Assembly (NCBI GenBank): GCA_902624085.1
Contig: CACNWD010000001.1
Location: 30,139-94,138 of the forward strand
Reading direction: 5' to 3'
DNA from: an uncultured Prochlorococcus sp.
GTDB lineage: Bacteria; Cyanobacteriota; Cyanobacteriia; PCC-6307; Cyanobiaceae
DNA: 64,000 nt
The position numbers were made by a program, and so were the translations under genes. Shown in pieces: positions 34,701 to 46,038 of this stretch (positions are counted from its first letter, which is position 1; each line of letters begins with the position of its first letter). The notes beneath the pieces are model-generated. The model had not been told where the DNA came from and did not search any database. It saw nothing but the letters and a program-made list of their open reading frames with translations.

Positions 34701-35682
34701 TACTACTATTTATATAACCTAATTTACCGTCAATCTTTATATTATTAATATTATTTTCTAAAGGTATATTTAATTTTATATTTGAAACTAAAGTACCGTA
34801 ATTTAATTCATCAATATCTGTAAATAATATATTATCTCTACAATTTAGACCAAAAAAAGGTGACTTAATATTTTGCTTAAGATTATTTGAAGATAAATCT
34901 ACATTATATAAAGATAATTTACCCTTACAATACTTTTTATCTGCGGAATTATAAAATGAAAGGTTTGATTTTAAAAAACTATTATTAACATTAATGGAAG
35001 TATCAAAAATACTATATCTAAGATTATTTAAATTTACACCTTTTGAGATTATTTTGAACTTTAAAAATTCATCATTAAATTTCTTATTAATTTCAAAATT
35101 TAGAATACCTTGATTTTTCAAATAAGTACTAATTGATCCAATCAATTGATTCTCATGGGACCTATAAACTACATTCCCCTTTATTTTTGAAACAATCCCA
35201 AGATCATAAATTTTTATATTAGATTTATTTCTTAGATTGAAATAAAACTCATAATTAAATTTTTTCTGAGATACTCCTTTTTTATCAAAATTTCTTTTTC
35301 CTATTTTATTAAAGTCTTTCTGCAGATTTATATCCAGCTTACGAGCATCTATATTAAAAATCCATTTCCTGCCTAAAAGAGATCTTAAAGGCATAAGTCT
35401 AACAATTATATTATTTGCTTCAATCCTTGATCCATCTATTACATTTCCAATAATTTGCGAATTATCAAGCGAAAATCCTAAAAAACTTAAACCAGCAAAA
35501 TTTCCTAACTCAACTTTTTTATTTATATTAAGGCCTAATTTTTCTTCTAAGTTATTTTTTTTCGAATTATAAAAATTTTCTGATATTTTTTCTAATCCAT
35601 TCAAAAAAACAAAACCTACAGCAAATACAGCTGAAACAGTAAATAATTTTTTATTTATTCTAGAAGATTCATTCTTTTTCAA
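31732..35682 (-). CDS. TamB/DUF490 (Tic236-like) translocation and assembly module protein
   Basis: 1316 aa, N-terminal anchor, long amphipathic beta-strand content, C-terminal L.STP...QII.LIGG...WKSQVQLFFRY. Confidence 0.8.
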   Translation of the reverse strand: MKKNESSRINKKLFTVSAVFAVGFVFLNGLEKISENFYNSKKNNLEEKLGLNINKKVELGNFAGLSFLGFSLDNSQIIGNVIDGSRIEANNIIVRLMPLRSLLGRKWIFNIDARKLDINLQKDFNKIGKRNFDKKGVSQKKFNYEFYFNLRNKSNIKIYDLGIVSKIKGNVVYRSHENQLIGSISTYLKNQGILNFEINKKFNDEFLKFKIISKGVNLNNLRYSIFDTSINVNNSFLKSNLSFYNSADKKYCKGKLSLYNVDLSSNNLKQNIKSPFFGLNCRDNILFTDIDELNYGTLVSNIKLNIPLENNINNIKIDGKLGYINSSNPEIKFLGNIPYQFKKSRIIFGNLDTSFDLSRTQLSNLNIFRSNGIRGYITAKGKITGQLNDLKTAINFNIDYPNYKGIRFREIWEGKITNQSKGYLLKMNNKYSPIPSFLSIKVDSNLKLENLEFSRLFDSNEGNFNIIRKNNTYKWKANNFPLNELELSLQNSDFDRVDGTINGTGLIDTKKSTSNGRFSLSLGKYKNIKLANSLFDFSFKGNSLRINSSLFPIDGGMIDLIYKSKSKQFVSVDFINISADWTALTLLDISNLNKNKIKSDGASKDLKLIEISNIQKTIDEQLSFLKNSITSKVISINEKRIDKFLEKFEGRYNSSIDIYGNSVSNYKIKSNLNGYLREKNNPNNSAKKSFSMDLNGGLFRNNGLLKISNLPLNLANLFFIKPKDFKGDLDINLVYNLTEQNFFSVISSNKTSINDFSITLDKTFISYKDSLFNVDMSLWLDKSSESISLIGNIPINKENEIDLKLKGNQRFLELIGNLSNENFIFKNGDANLRMLIKGEISKPIANGFLFIKNGEVDILNNNLNNIDATLIFDFDQVEIKNFNASTNEIGKISLVGSLPFYKKLDDSEKSINFISERFQLVGNNIDFEFDSNIFVKGSLYRPFISGNLGLKNGYINFKTVNGNNSTSTKLNNKNIQNKSWPELYWSRVEEIEIISNESILNRNLFEENLPQFFGNITFDNLYIELGQDFRIEYGTILKAYLDTRVDVNLNGNIKNNLNARGLVDIEKGRANLYTTPFKLDKNQDNYILFASRNGITPYLDFSLKSKVPDTIIPISQNNRDINISDNFNVLDNANSFNAFGIGNTRFIKIEASYKGFLDQLSFEDENQMIKLRSTPSYTRSQIIGLIGGNSANLINRAFISQLNGADGITEKLQLSLYPALIVSSESANNIFSSENLEINEKQDNSENQGTSSQAWIAEIGLDITDSLNFSMQTTPDRDDIPPLWILTLQANEYLEILGSYDSNGDWKSQVQLFFRY

Positions 35683-35746
35683 AATAGAATCCTAAAATAG
35701 AGTAGGCTATCAAAATATAAGAAATTTAAACGATTAAGGCTAGTCA

Positions 35747-36205
35747 ATGTCTTTTTTTGAACTATTAAAATCTACTCCTAAGATATTTGGTGTGATAGGG
35801 ATTACACTTTTCTTTAGTACTCTCATAGCATATTTTTTTGATTTTAAAATTAAATTTCGTTTAACAGGAGCAACAATTTTTTCCTTTTTATTATCATTAT
35901 TTAGTTGGGCATTTCTTCAAAGCTATATCGAAAACGTCAAGGTTGATGGAGCTGTTTATGCTCCAATAGTTTATGACAATGGTACAAATTTAATAATAGC
36001 AAAAGCAAATAAAGACTTCCAGCAGATTTCAATTAAACCAACATTAGAGCAATTATCATTAAATCTCAAAAAAGGAAGTAGATCTGGGCAGACAGTAAAA
36101 ATAAAAATAAGAAGTTTAGAGAGGGTTTCTCAAGATATTAGTAAACCTATTATTCTTGGAGAAGTTGAAAAGAGTTTTCAAATGCAATCAAAAACGAATG
36201 AATAA
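35747..36205 (+). CDS. ycf51: Ycf51 family protein
   Basis: Two TM segments with FRLTGATIF, then V.GA...IVYDNG and TL.Q...NL. Confidence 0.8.
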   Translation: MSFFELLKSTPKIFGVIGITLFFSTLIAYFFDFKIKFRLTGATIFSFLLSLFSWAFLQSYIENVKVDGAVYAPIVYDNGTNLIIAKANKDFQQISIKPTLEQLSLNLKKGSRSGQTVKIKIRSLERVSQDISKPIILGEVEKSFQMQSKTNE

Positions 36206-36596
36206 GATTAGAGATTTAGATATTCTTCCTTTAAATTTTAGACATGAGAAAGAGTTTTTAAAAAATAAAAATTTAAATACTTGGGAAAGCATTCATAAAT
36301 TAACTGACATTCAAATAAGTCAGTTTCTCCAGCAGAAATCTTTATGTACTGAAAGTAGATTTAAAAAGATAAGAGCGATTGCAATATTTATAATCCAATT
36401 AGATTTAACACCCCATCAAGCTTATTTACTTTTGCATGCAGGTATTGGATCTTTAAAAACATTATCAACATTTAATCCTTATTCTTTAAAACAAAAAATA
36501 GGTAGTCTCGAAAGAAAAATAGGAGTTAGAACAAAGTTAGAAATAAATCAAAAATTATTAAAAGGCTGGATTAACAGATCAAAAGATCTTATTTAA
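36198..36596 (+). CDS. DUF4332 family protein (helix-hairpin-helix-like)
   Basis: A.LLLHAGI.S...L...P..L motif and final W..R. ATG 36198 preferred over the longer ORF start at 36156. Confidence 0.7.
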   Translation: MNKIRDLDILPLNFRHEKEFLKNKNLNTWESIHKLTDIQISQFLQQKSLCTESRFKKIRAIAIFIIQLDLTPHQAYLLLHAGIGSLKTLSTFNPYSLKQKIGSLERKIGVRTKLEINQKLLKGWINRSKDLI

Positions 36597-36650
36597 ATTT
36601 TTTGTAAAAGAAATTTTATATTGTAGAATTATAATTAAAATACTGAGGAT

Positions 36651-36920
36651 ATGATAAAGAATTCGCTTTATTTCTCATTTTTTTTATTTCTTGGTATGAA
36701 TTTTATTCATGCTCAATCCAATCTTTTGGAAAGTGTTAAAAAAAATCCAAAAAATGCTATTGAAATCTGTAATAAATTTAAGGAACTAAATAAAAGAGGA
36801 ATCTCAGCTAGTTCAGATGAAGCAGTAAATTATGTTTTACAGAAAAATAATCTAAGTCCAGTTAACGCAGAAATCCTATCTATTTATGTAATTGGTTTAC
36901 ATTGCCCAAATGTTATTTAA
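36651..36920 (+). CDS. small secreted conserved hypothetical protein with two Cys
   Basis: Signal peptide (IHA|Q), IC...HCP pattern, GAGG SD upstream. Confidence 0.75.
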   Translation: MIKNSLYFSFFLFLGMNFIHAQSNLLESVKKNPKNAIEICNKFKELNKRGISASSDEAVNYVLQKNNLSPVNAEILSIYVIGLHCPNVI

Positions 36921-36924
36921 ATAG

Positions 36925-38496
36925 ATGAATTCGGTTAAATATTTTGATGCTCATTTGAAATTATCTGATGGAGTTAAGCTGATTTCAAGAATTTGGACTC
37001 CCGATAAAAAGGGACAATGGCCAGCTCTATTGATGAGACAACCATATGGACGAGAAATAGCTTCAACTATTACATACGCACACCCAACCTGGTGGGCATC
37101 CAAAGGATACATGGTTGTAATTCAAGACGTTAGAGGTCAGGGAGATTCAGAAGGCACCTTTAAAGGTTTTTACCAAGAAGCGAATGATACCTCTGAGACC
37201 CATGCATGGGTAAGATCATTAAAAGAATGTAATGGCAAATTAGGTCTATATGGATTTTCTTACCAGGGCTTAACCCAACTAACAGGTGAAGATCTAACAA
37301 AACCTCCTGATTGTTTATCTCCTGCGATGACTGGTTTGGATATTAAAGATCATTGGTGTTCTGACGGTGGTGCTTTCTGGTGGAATAATAATATTACTTG
37401 GGGTTTGCAAATTGCAGCACTAAAAATGAAACGCTCTAAAAATAAAGAGGGATGGATAGCAATAAAATCAGCGATAGATAATCAGACACATTTATCCAAT
37501 GGTTTGGAATTAATAAAGAAATTTGATCCAGACAATTTTATTATTAAATGGATGAATAATCTTGATAATGAGAAAGTTTTTGAAAAAATTAAGTTTGTTG
37601 ATTCTTGGTTAAAGAAACCAATGCTTATTATCGGAGGAATTTGGGATCCTCACTTGAGAGGTGCTTTAGATCTTTATAAAAGATCAAAAGATATTGGCGG
37701 AGATCCTGAAATTATAATTAGTAATTCATCACATCTCAATTGGTGGAAAGGTTCACAAACTACTCTTTTAAATTTCTTTGAAAAACATTTAAAAGATAAT
37801 GACCCCATAAAAAAAATATCAACAAAAAATAAGATTATATGGAACATTTCACTCAAAAGATGGGATAGTATTGAAAAGCTTCCATTAAACTATGAGTTTG
37901 GATTAGAAAGTGATGGTAATGCTAATTTTGAAACAATCGATGGTAGCTTATCAATTAATTCAAAGAGTTCTGGATTTGTCACAATAGTGCACGATCCTTG
38001 GCGTCCAGTGCAATCAGATGGAGGACATCTTGGACAAAATCCAGGCTTATTTGACAGAAGTAAAATAGATAAAAGATTAGATTTAGCAGTTTTTCAAACA
38101 CATTATCTAAAAGAAAATATACATTTATCAGGCATTCCTACCTTACATACTGCTGTTGCAAGCGATCAAGAAAGTTTTGATATTTGTGTGGCATTATCAC
38201 TAATTAGTGAAGAAGATGAAACGATAAATCAATTTACTACTGGATTCTTAAGGATAAGAAAAACCTCAAAGGATATTGAAAAGGATTATGTAGTAAATTT
38301 ACATCCAACAAATATTTCTATCACTAAGGGGAGTAAATTGCGATTATCTCTATCAGCATCTGCATGGCCAGCTATAGGAGTAAATCCTGGTCATAATAAA
38401 ATTAGATGCGGAAACTCGAGTATTGAACACAAGATAACAACTTTAAATTTTAATCTAAAAAAATCAATTATGAAAATCAATCCATTTTTTAAATAA
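36925..38496 (+). CDS. CocE/NonD family hydrolase
   Basis: L.DGVKL, RQPYG, QDVRGQGDSEG, GFSYQG nucleophile, C-terminal jelly-roll domain with HDPWRP. Confidence 0.88.
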   Translation: MNSVKYFDAHLKLSDGVKLISRIWTPDKKGQWPALLMRQPYGREIASTITYAHPTWWASKGYMVVIQDVRGQGDSEGTFKGFYQEANDTSETHAWVRSLKECNGKLGLYGFSYQGLTQLTGEDLTKPPDCLSPAMTGLDIKDHWCSDGGAFWWNNNITWGLQIAALKMKRSKNKEGWIAIKSAIDNQTHLSNGLELIKKFDPDNFIIKWMNNLDNEKVFEKIKFVDSWLKKPMLIIGGIWDPHLRGALDLYKRSKDIGGDPEIIISNSSHLNWWKGSQTTLLNFFEKHLKDNDPIKKISTKNKIIWNISLKRWDSIEKLPLNYEFGLESDGNANFETIDGSLSINSKSSGFVTIVHDPWRPVQSDGGHLGQNPGLFDRSKIDKRLDLAVFQTHYLKENIHLSGIPTLHTAVASDQESFDICVALSLISEEDETINQFTTGFLRIRKTSKDIEKDYVVNLHPTNISITKGSKLRLSLSASAWPAIGVNPGHNKIRCGNSSIEHKITTLNFNLKKSIMKINPFFK

Positions 38497-38520
38497 TTCT
38501 CATAAAAATACTAGAAAGTT

Positions 38521-38529
38521 TGATAAGCT
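38521..38529 (+). promoter_or_regulatory. possible extended -10 promoter element for glgB
   Basis: TGaTAAGCT about 23 nt upstream of the ATG. Confidence 0.35.
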
Positions 38530-38551
38530 TAACCCTTAAGAACCACCAGTC

Positions 38552-40822
38552 ATGACAAACACATTACAAATAGACTGGATTAAATCAGAAGCCTTCAACC
38601 TTGAAAATTGTTGCAATGATAATCCTTTAAATATTTTAGGTCCACATCAAAATGAAGATTCATGGGTCATAAGAGTATGGATGCCCGAAGCAGACCAAGT
38701 AAGAATTTTATTTAAAAATAGGGAATTTGCTACAACAACTCCTAATCATAAGTGGCTTTTTGAAGCATCTATCCCTGAAGATCCTCAAACTAATTATAAA
38801 ATAAATGTATTAAGAGGAGGAATTAATCATACGCAGTTAGATCCTTGGGCTTTTACTGATGAATGGATGGGTGAGATGGATAGGCATCTTTTTGCTGAGG
38901 GGAATCATCATCACATTTGGAAAAAGATGGGAGCTCATATTTGTGAAATAGACGGAAAAAGAGGAGTTATGTTTTGTCTTTGGGCTCCAAATGCAAAAAC
39001 CGTATCAATTATTAGCGAAGTGAATTCATGGGACGGTAGACATCATCCTATGCAAAAAAGATTAGGTGGAATATGGGAGCTATTCATGCCTCTTATGAAT
39101 GAAGGGGATATATACAAGTATGAAATCCGGACTCAGGAAGGTCATATCTACGAGAAATCTGACCCATATGGTTTTTTACATGAAGTTAGGCCTAAAAATG
39201 GATCAATAATTTCAAAGTTAAATAATTTTGATTGGAATGATAAAAAATGGATAAAGGATAGAGATTCTAATGACCAATTAAACAAGCCGATATCTGTTTA
39301 TGAGATGCATCTTGGTAGCTGGATGCATGAATCCAATGAAAATTTATATGTTGATAAAAATGGGACAAGAAGGGAACCAGTTCCTGCTGCTGATCTAAAA
39401 CCAGGGACAAGATTATTAACTTATCCTGAATTAACTAAAAAACTTATTCCATACGTAAAGGAAAGAGGTTTTACTCATATTGAGTTAATGCCAATCTCAG
39501 AACATCCCTTCGATGGCTCATGGGGTTATCAGGTAACGGGTTGGTATGCCCCTACGAGTAGATATGGTACCCCTAATGAATTTAAGGAATTTATTAACAA
39601 ATGTCATGAAGAAGGGATTGGTGTAATACTCGACTGGGTTCCAGGACATTTTCCAAAAGATAAGCATGGCCTAGCTTTTTTTGATGGCTTTCATCTTTAT
39701 GAACATGCTGATCCAAAGATAGGTGAACACAAGGAATGGGGGACTCTAATTTTTAATTACAGTCGTAATGAAGTTAGAAATTTTTTAGTTGCAAATCTTG
39801 TTTACTGGTTTGAGGAATTCCATATTGATGGAATAAGAGTTGATGCTGTTGCATCAATGTTATATAGAGATTATCTTCGCCCAGATGGAGAGTGGATCGC
39901 TAATGAAAATGGTGGTAATGAGAATATTGAAGCAGTCAAATTCCTTCAACAAGCAAATCATGTCTTATTTCAACACTTTCCAGGGGCTCTCTCAATTGCA
40001 GAAGAGTCAACTACTTGGCCAATGGTTACTAAACCCACTGACATTGGAGGACTCGGTTTTAACCTCAAATGGAATATGGGTTGGATGCATGATATGCTCG
40101 ATTACTTTGAAATTGATCCATGGTTCAGGCAATTTCATCAAAATAGTGTAACTTTTTCAATCACTTATAATTACACAGAAAACTTTATGCTTGCCTTAAG
40201 TCATGATGAAGTAGTTCATGGTAAGAGTCATTTGCTTCACAAGATGCCTGGTGACGACTGGAAAAAATATGCTAACACAAGAGCTTTATTAACTTATATG
40301 TGGACTCATCCTGGCAAAAAAACAATTTTTATGGGAATGGAATTCGGCCAGAGATCAGAATGGAATGTATGGGACGACCTTCAGTGGGAGTTATTAAAGT
40401 TTCAACCTCATTTAGGTATAAGAAATTTAGTTGATGATCTTAATAAACTTTATAAATCTGAACCAGCTCTCTGGAAAAATGACTTTGATCCCTATGGATT
40501 CCAATGGATTGATTGTGATGATAGATCAAATTCTGTTATTAGCTTCATGAGAAGGGAAACAAATACAAATGAATGGTTAGTTATAGTAGCTAATTTCACT
40601 CCTAATTCACATGAAACATATAAGATTGGAGTTCCTGTAAAAGGTTTTTATAAAGAAATTTTCAATTCTGATGCGTCTCGTTATGGAGGAAGTAATAAAG
40701 GAAATATGGGTGGAAAATTTGCAATTGATTTTAATATACATAATTACGAAAATGCGTTGGATCTTACATTACCCCCTCTAAGCGTCAGTATTTTCAAATA
40801 TTCACCAAATGCATCAGAATAA
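38552..40822 (+). CDS. glgB: 1,4-alpha-glucan branching enzyme
   Basis: [48 protein letters not shown]. Confidence 0.97.
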   Translation: MTNTLQIDWIKSEAFNLENCCNDNPLNILGPHQNEDSWVIRVWMPEADQVRILFKNREFATTTPNHKWLFEASIPEDPQTNYKINVLRGGINHTQLDPWAFTDEWMGEMDRHLFAEGNHHHIWKKMGAHICEIDGKRGVMFCLWAPNAKTVSIISEVNSWDGRHHPMQKRLGGIWELFMPLMNEGDIYKYEIRTQEGHIYEKSDPYGFLHEVRPKNGSIISKLNNFDWNDKKWIKDRDSNDQLNKPISVYEMHLGSWMHESNENLYVDKNGTRREPVPAADLKPGTRLLTYPELTKKLIPYVKERGFTHIELMPISEHPFDGSWGYQVTGWYAPTSRYGTPNEFKEFINKCHEEGIGVILDWVPGHFPKDKHGLAFFDGFHLYEHADPKIGEHKEWGTLIFNYSRNEVRNFLVANLVYWFEEFHIDGIRVDAVASMLYRDYLRPDGEWIANENGGNENIEAVKFLQQANHVLFQHFPGALSIAEESTTWPMVTKPTDIGGLGFNLKWNMGWMHDMLDYFEIDPWFRQFHQNSVTFSITYNYTENFMLALSHDEVVHGKSHLLHKMPGDDWKKYANTRALLTYMWTHPGKKTIFMGMEFGQRSEWNVWDDLQWELLKFQPHLGIRNLVDDLNKLYKSEPALWKNDFDPYGFQWIDCDDRSNSVISFMRRETNTNEWLVIVANFTPNSHETYKIGVPVKGFYKEIFNSDASRYGGSNKGNMGGKFAIDFNIHNYENALDLTLPPLSVSIFKYSPNASE

Positions 40823-40931
40823 TTTTTAACAGTATTTATTTATTTGTATTTAAAGTGATTTTGATCATCTTTCCGTTGTAGTATTTTTAAGTTAAAGATT
40901 TTTTTTACTTAAAACATTATTAATAATACAA

Positions 40932-41972
40932 ATGGGAAACAATTCACCGTTACTTCTAAGAACCGCTTTAGGCGAGAAAGTTGATAGGCCTCCTGTTTGG
41001 ATGATGCGTCAAGCTGGGCGTTATATGAAAATATATCGAGATTTAAGAGATAAGTACCCAAGCTTTAGAGAACGATCTGAAAATCCAGAATTGTCATATG
41101 AGATTTCAATGCAACCATTTCATGCTTTTAAACCTGATGGTGTAATTCTTTTCTCGGATATTCTTACCCCTCTTCCTGGGATGGGAATAAATTTTGAAAT
41201 AGTAGAAAGTAAAGGGCCCTTAATTGAGAATCCTATAAGAACTTTAGATCAAGTAGAAAAATTGAGGAAATTAGTTCCAAATGAAAGTTTAAGTTTTGTT
41301 GGAGATGTACTTACTTCTCTTCGAAAAGATATTGAAAATAAATCGACGCTACTTGGTTTCGTAGGTGCTCCGTGGACGCTTGCTGCATACGTCGTGGAAG
41401 GAAAAAGTAGTAAAAATTATTCCATTATTAAATCGATGGCTTTCAGAGAGCCTGATATACTTCACAATCTGCTTGAACATTTTGCAGAATCTATTGGTGA
41501 ATATTTAAAGTATCAAATTAAATCTGGAGCTCAAATTGTTCAAATATTTGATTCTTGGGCAGGTCAATTAAGCCCTCAGGATTACGATATTTTTGCAGGT
41601 CCCTATCAGAAGAAAGTTGTTGATATTGTAAAGAAAGAATACCCGGATACTCCCATCATTTTGTATATATCAGGTAGTGCAGGCGTAATTGAAAGGATGG
41701 CTTCAACAGGAGTTGATATTATCTCTTTAGATTGGACAGTAGATATTAAGGATGCTTCTAAAAGAATTCCAAATAAAATTGGTATACAAGGAAATGTTGA
41801 TCCTGGGATACTTTTTGGAAATGCAGAGTCTATTAAAAATAGAATAGATGAAACATTTTCAAAAGCTAATGGTAGAAAATATATTCTTAATTTAGGACAT
41901 GGAATTTTACCTGGAACTCCTGAAGAAAATGCGAAAACCTTTTTTGAATACGGCAAATCTCTACATTATTAA
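40932..41972 (+). CDS. hemE: uroporphyrinogen decarboxylase
   Basis: [41 protein letters not shown]. Confidence 0.97.
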   Translation: MGNNSPLLLRTALGEKVDRPPVWMMRQAGRYMKIYRDLRDKYPSFRERSENPELSYEISMQPFHAFKPDGVILFSDILTPLPGMGINFEIVESKGPLIENPIRTLDQVEKLRKLVPNESLSFVGDVLTSLRKDIENKSTLLGFVGAPWTLAAYVVEGKSSKNYSIIKSMAFREPDILHNLLEHFAESIGEYLKYQIKSGAQIVQIFDSWAGQLSPQDYDIFAGPYQKKVVDIVKKEYPDTPIILYISGSAGVIERMASTGVDIISLDWTVDIKDASKRIPNKIGIQGNVDPGILFGNAESIKNRIDETFSKANGRKYILNLGHGILPGTPEENAKTFFEYGKSLHY

Positions 41973-41978
41973 ATTGTT

Positions 41979-42959
41979 TTGGGAAATAAAAATCTTTTAA
42001 TTACTGGTTCAAATGGCTGCGTAGGTCAATATCTAATAGATTGGTTCTTAAAAAATTCTAATTATAAACTAGTGCTTATGGTAAGAAATCCTAATAAATT
42101 GCCTGTTTCAACAAGAAATAATAAGCGAATTAATTTGTTAACCTGTGATATTAGAGATTGCAAAAAATTCAAAAAAGAATTAAGAGAAATTAATTATTTG
42201 ATCCATACAGCTACAGCTTGGGGTGATCCTAAGAGAGCATATGAAGTAAATGTAATTGCATTTGAAGAACTTCTTGGATTACTTAAAAAAAATATTTTAG
42301 AAAAAATTATATACTTTTCAACTGCGAGTATATTAAATGAAAAAACAGAATTAATGCGTGAATCATTAATATACGGTACAGAATATATTCAAACAAAATA
42401 TCAATGCTATGAAAATCTTAGAAAAAGTTCGTTCGCAAATAAAACATGTGTAGTATTTCCTACATTGGTATTTGGAGGAACTTTGAAGGGGAATAGCAGG
42501 TTTCCAGTAAGTTATTTAACAGAGGGACTCAAACAAGCAAAAAACTGGTTATGGCTAGCAAGATTTTTAAAAATTGATGCGAAATTCCATTTCATCCATG
42601 CTAAAGATATCGCGCAAATATGCGGATTCTTGATAAAAAGCACTGAAAAGAGAGATTATGGATTCAAAAAATATGTTTTAGGTCAAAAATTTATAACTAT
42701 TGATGAAGCTATCCTTATACTCTTAAAAAATTATGGAATTAAAAGATATTTTGCTCTAAAAATTAACAAAGCAATTATAAAATTTTTATTAAATGTATTG
42801 CCTATTAATACTACAAGTTGGGATAATTTTAGCATAAATAAATACAATTTTAATCACAAACCCATTGCAAATCCTGAAACCTTTGGTTTAAAGAGCTATG
42901 CAAAATCACTAAAAGACGTTCTTAAGTTAGCAAAGTTACCAAGATGTAATATCAATTAA
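41979..42959 (+). CDS. NAD-dependent epimerase/dehydratase family protein
   Basis: LITGSNGCVG Rossmann motif, HTATAWG, FSTAS, YIQTK (YxxxK). Confidence 0.85.
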   Translation: MGNKNLLITGSNGCVGQYLIDWFLKNSNYKLVLMVRNPNKLPVSTRNNKRINLLTCDIRDCKKFKKELREINYLIHTATAWGDPKRAYEVNVIAFEELLGLLKKNILEKIIYFSTASILNEKTELMRESLIYGTEYIQTKYQCYENLRKSSFANKTCVVFPTLVFGGTLKGNSRFPVSYLTEGLKQAKNWLWLARFLKIDAKFHFIHAKDIAQICGFLIKSTEKRDYGFKKYVLGQKFITIDEAILILLKNYGIKRYFALKINKAIIKFLLNVLPINTTSWDNFSINKYNFNHKPIANPETFGLKSYAKSLKDVLKLAKLPRCNIN

Positions 42960-43017
42960 AATTCCCACAGAATGGGCACTAAAATCTTGTAAGATATATA
43001 AAAAGTAATTTCGAATT

Positions 43018-43368
43018 ATGTTACGTTCATTATTTGCAGGAATTTTTGCAATAGTTCTTTCCTTAGGTTTAGGAATCTCTTCAGTATCAGCTGCAACTGT
43101 TGAAGTAAAGCTTGGAACAGATGCTGGCATGTTAGCTTTTGAACCAAGCACAGTTAATATCAGTGCAGGGGATTCAGTAAAATTTGTTAACAATAAACTT
43201 GCTCCACATAATGCTGTCTTTGATGGGCATGAAGAGTTAAGTCATGCCGATTTAGCTTTTGCACCCGGAGAATCTTGGGAGACAACTTTTGATAATGCTG
43301 GTACCTATGAATTCTATTGCGAACCTCATAGAGGTGCTGGAATGGTTGGTAAAGTAATTGTAGAATAA
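43018..43368 (+). CDS. petE: plastocyanin precursor
   Basis: Thylakoid signal peptide (VSA|A), [16 protein letters not shown] copper ligands. Confidence 0.97.
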   Translation: MLRSLFAGIFAIVLSLGLGISSVSAATVEVKLGTDAGMLAFEPSTVNISAGDSVKFVNNKLAPHNAVFDGHEELSHADLAFAPGESWETTFDNAGTYEFYCEPHRGAGMVGKVIVE

Positions 43369-43376
43369 AAGATTAT

Positions 43377-43412
43377 TTAGTTACTTTAAATACTCAAATG
43401 CAAGTAACCTAA
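43377..43412 (+). terminator. possible stem-loop downstream of petE
   Basis: TTAGTTACTT (43377-43386) pairs with AAGTAAcCTAA (43402-43412), one bulge; no strong U-tract. Confidence 0.3.
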
Positions 43413-43436
43413 CTCCACAACAAATTTAATATTTGG

Positions 43437-46019
43437 ATGAATATAGTTTCAAGTGAATTTTCTAAAATTGCTTGGAGCTATTTTCTTTTGGCAAAAAAAA
43501 TTGCACATCAAAATTTTCACCAAAATATAGATTCAGAACATATATTTTTATCTATCCTTCAGAATAATAAATCTGTAAAAAAGATACTTAAACTAAATAA
43601 TTTAAATTTAAAAGCAGTTGAAGAAATTGTTTTAATGAAGTTAGTAAATAAAGGGAAAATGAAAAATAAACAAGATACTTTATTTATTGGTGATAGCCTG
43701 CATCAAGTCTTTATCAAGGCAAATCATGCTAAAATTATTTCAAGTGAAGTAGTAATATCAACCAAGCACATCCTAGAAGGATTAATTTATGATAAGAGTA
43801 TTGGTAATTATATTTTAAACAAAAAAACGATCCCAGTATTTCTAGATTTCCTTCAAAAGATGACTAATGATAATCCAGTCGAGCCAGAATTAGATCAAAA
43901 AAATGATTCCTTGGAAAAGTTTGGTGTTGATCTTACAAAATCTGCTAGAGAGGGAATTTTAGACCCTGTTATTGGCAGAGATGAAGAGATTAGACGAACA
44001 ATACAAATTCTTAGTCGTAGAACAAAAAACAATCCGGTTTTAATAGGCGACCCTGGAGTAGGCAAGACTGCAATTGTAGAAGGATTAGCCCAAAGAATTA
44101 TAAATGGAGATGTTCCTTCCTCGCTACATAATCGTCAATTAATTTCATTAGATATGGGTTCTCTCCTTGCAGGAGCAAAATACAGAGGGGAATTTGAGGA
44201 AAGGTTAAAAGATGTTTTAAAAAGTGTTAAGGTCTCTGCAGGCAAAATAATTTTATTTATTGATGAAATTCATACAGTTGTTGGTGCTGGAGCGACTGGG
44301 GGATCAATGGATGCTAGTAATCTCTTAAAGCCTATGCTTGCTAGAGGTGAGTTACGGTGTATTGGAGCTACAACAATTACTGAACACAAACAAAATATTG
44401 AAAAAGATCCTGCATTAGAAAGAAGATTTCAGAAAATCAAAATTAATGCTCCTTCTGTTGATGACACTATTTCTATTTTGAGAGGTCTTAGAGAAAAATA
44501 TGAGGTTCATCATGGTGTAAGGATATCAGATAATGCCTTAGTAGCAGCGGCAAATCTTAGTGAAAGATATATTAATGATCGCTTCCTCCCCGACAAAGCT
44601 ATTGACTTAATAGACGAAGCAGCTTCAAGATTAAATATCGTAATAACTTCTAAGCCGGAGGAAATTGATGAAATTGATAGAAAAGTTTTAAAACTGGAAA
44701 TGGAAAATCTATCTTTAAAAAGAGAAACAGATTCTTCATCATTAGAAAGGTTAAATAAAATTACAGATGAATTAAAAATTCTTAAAGAAAAACAAAATGA
44801 ATTAAATCTTCAATGGAAAAAAGAGAAAACAGATATTGATGATATTAGTAATATAAGAGAAGAAATTGAATCAACTCAACTACAAATTGAACAAGCTAAA
44901 AGAAATTTTGATCTCAATAAGGCGGCGGAATTAGAGTTTGGGACCTTAAATGATTTACAAAATAAGTTAGATATTAAAAGTAAAGATTTAAAAAATGATT
45001 ATAAAAAAGGTAATAAAAGTCTCCTGAGACAAGAAGTGAATTTTAGTGACATAGCCGAAGTAGTTTCTAAATGGACTTCAATACCGGTAAATGATTTAAA
45101 TCAGTCTGAAAAAGAAAAACTCTTAAAACTTGAAAAAAGTCTTAAAGAAAAAATAATAGGCCAAGAAATAGCTATTAATACGGTTGCAGATTCTATTAAA
45201 AGATCAAGAACAGGTCTTAATGATCCAAATAAACCAATCGCAAGTTTTCTTTTTTTAGGACCTACTGGAGTTGGGAAAACTGAGTTAAGCAAAGTTACTG
45301 CAAATACAATTTTTGATTCAGCATCTTCAATTATAAGAATAGATATGTCTGAATATATGGAAAAACACTCAGTAAGCAAGATTATAGGTGCGCCTCCTGG
45401 ATATCTAGGTTTTGAATCTGGAGGACAATTAACAGAGGCAGTATTGAAAAATCCCTATTCACTTATACTCCTTGATGAAATTGAAAAAGCGCATAAAGAT
45501 ATTCTAGATATACTCTTACAAGTTCTTGATGATGGAATTATTACCGATGGACAAGGCAGAACAGTTAGTTTTAAAAACTCAATTATCGTTCTTACAAGCA
45601 ATCTAGGAAGTCAATCTATAAATGATTTATCAATAAGGAATGAAAACCAATATGAAATTAAAAAAGTTATTAATGGAGAACTTAAGAAATTTTTTAAACC
45701 TGAGTTCTTAAATAGATTAGATGAGATTGTAATTTTTAATAATCTTAACAAGGATGAATTATCTAAGATTGCTGAAATTGAATTTAAAGAATTAGAAAAA
45801 AGACTCAATAAAAAAAATCTTAGATTAAAAATAACTGATGATGCTATTAACATTCTCGTTGATAGAAGTTTTGACCATATTTATGGTGCAAGACCTCTAA
45901 AAAGAATAATAAAAAAAGAAATTGAAACAAAGATTGCTAATAATATCTTAAACAATCATTATTTAAAGAATAATCTTATAGAGATCTTTGTTGAAGAAAA
46001 TAATCTCATAATAAATTAA
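43437..46019 (+). CDS. clpB: ClpB AAA+ disaggregase (divergent N-domain, probably the second paralog)
   Basis: Walker A GDPGVGKT and GPTGVGKT, pore loop [10 protein letters not shown], coiled-coil M domain, [14 protein letters not shown]. Confidence 0.93.
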   Translation: MNIVSSEFSKIAWSYFLLAKKIAHQNFHQNIDSEHIFLSILQNNKSVKKILKLNNLNLKAVEEIVLMKLVNKGKMKNKQDTLFIGDSLHQVFIKANHAKIISSEVVISTKHILEGLIYDKSIGNYILNKKTIPVFLDFLQKMTNDNPVEPELDQKNDSLEKFGVDLTKSAREGILDPVIGRDEEIRRTIQILSRRTKNNPVLIGDPGVGKTAIVEGLAQRIINGDVPSSLHNRQLISLDMGSLLAGAKYRGEFEERLKDVLKSVKVSAGKIILFIDEIHTVVGAGATGGSMDASNLLKPMLARGELRCIGATTITEHKQNIEKDPALERRFQKIKINAPSVDDTISILRGLREKYEVHHGVRISDNALVAAANLSERYINDRFLPDKAIDLIDEAASRLNIVITSKPEEIDEIDRKVLKLEMENLSLKRETDSSSLERLNKITDELKILKEKQNELNLQWKKEKTDIDDISNIREEIESTQLQIEQAKRNFDLNKAAELEFGTLNDLQNKLDIKSKDLKNDYKKGNKSLLRQEVNFSDIAEVVSKWTSIPVNDLNQSEKEKLLKLEKSLKEKIIGQEIAINTVADSIKRSRTGLNDPNKPIASFLFLGPTGVGKTELSKVTANTIFDSASSIIRIDMSEYMEKHSVSKIIGAPPGYLGFESGGQLTEAVLKNPYSLILLDEIEKAHKDILDILLQVLDDGIITDGQGRTVSFKNSIIVLTSNLGSQSINDLSIRNENQYEIKKVINGELKKFFKPEFLNRLDEIVIFNNLNKDELSKIAEIEFKELEKRLNKKNLRLKITDDAINILVDRSFDHIYGARPLKRIIKKEIETKIANNILNNHYLKNNLIEIFVEENNLIIN

Positions 46020-46038
46020 TTAAACTTATGTTTTAATT

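Noticed and set aside
31732-35682. Very low-GC 4-kb ORF as a possible foreign gene or adhesin
   Set aside because: The C-terminus fits the core TamB/DUF490 family. N/K/I enrichment is better explained by AT drift in a weakly constrained protein, and the flanks are core genes.
40853-40868. CRP-like site upstream of hemE (AGTGA-N6-TCATC)
   Set aside because: Three mismatches to TGTGA-N6-TCACA; too weak to support.
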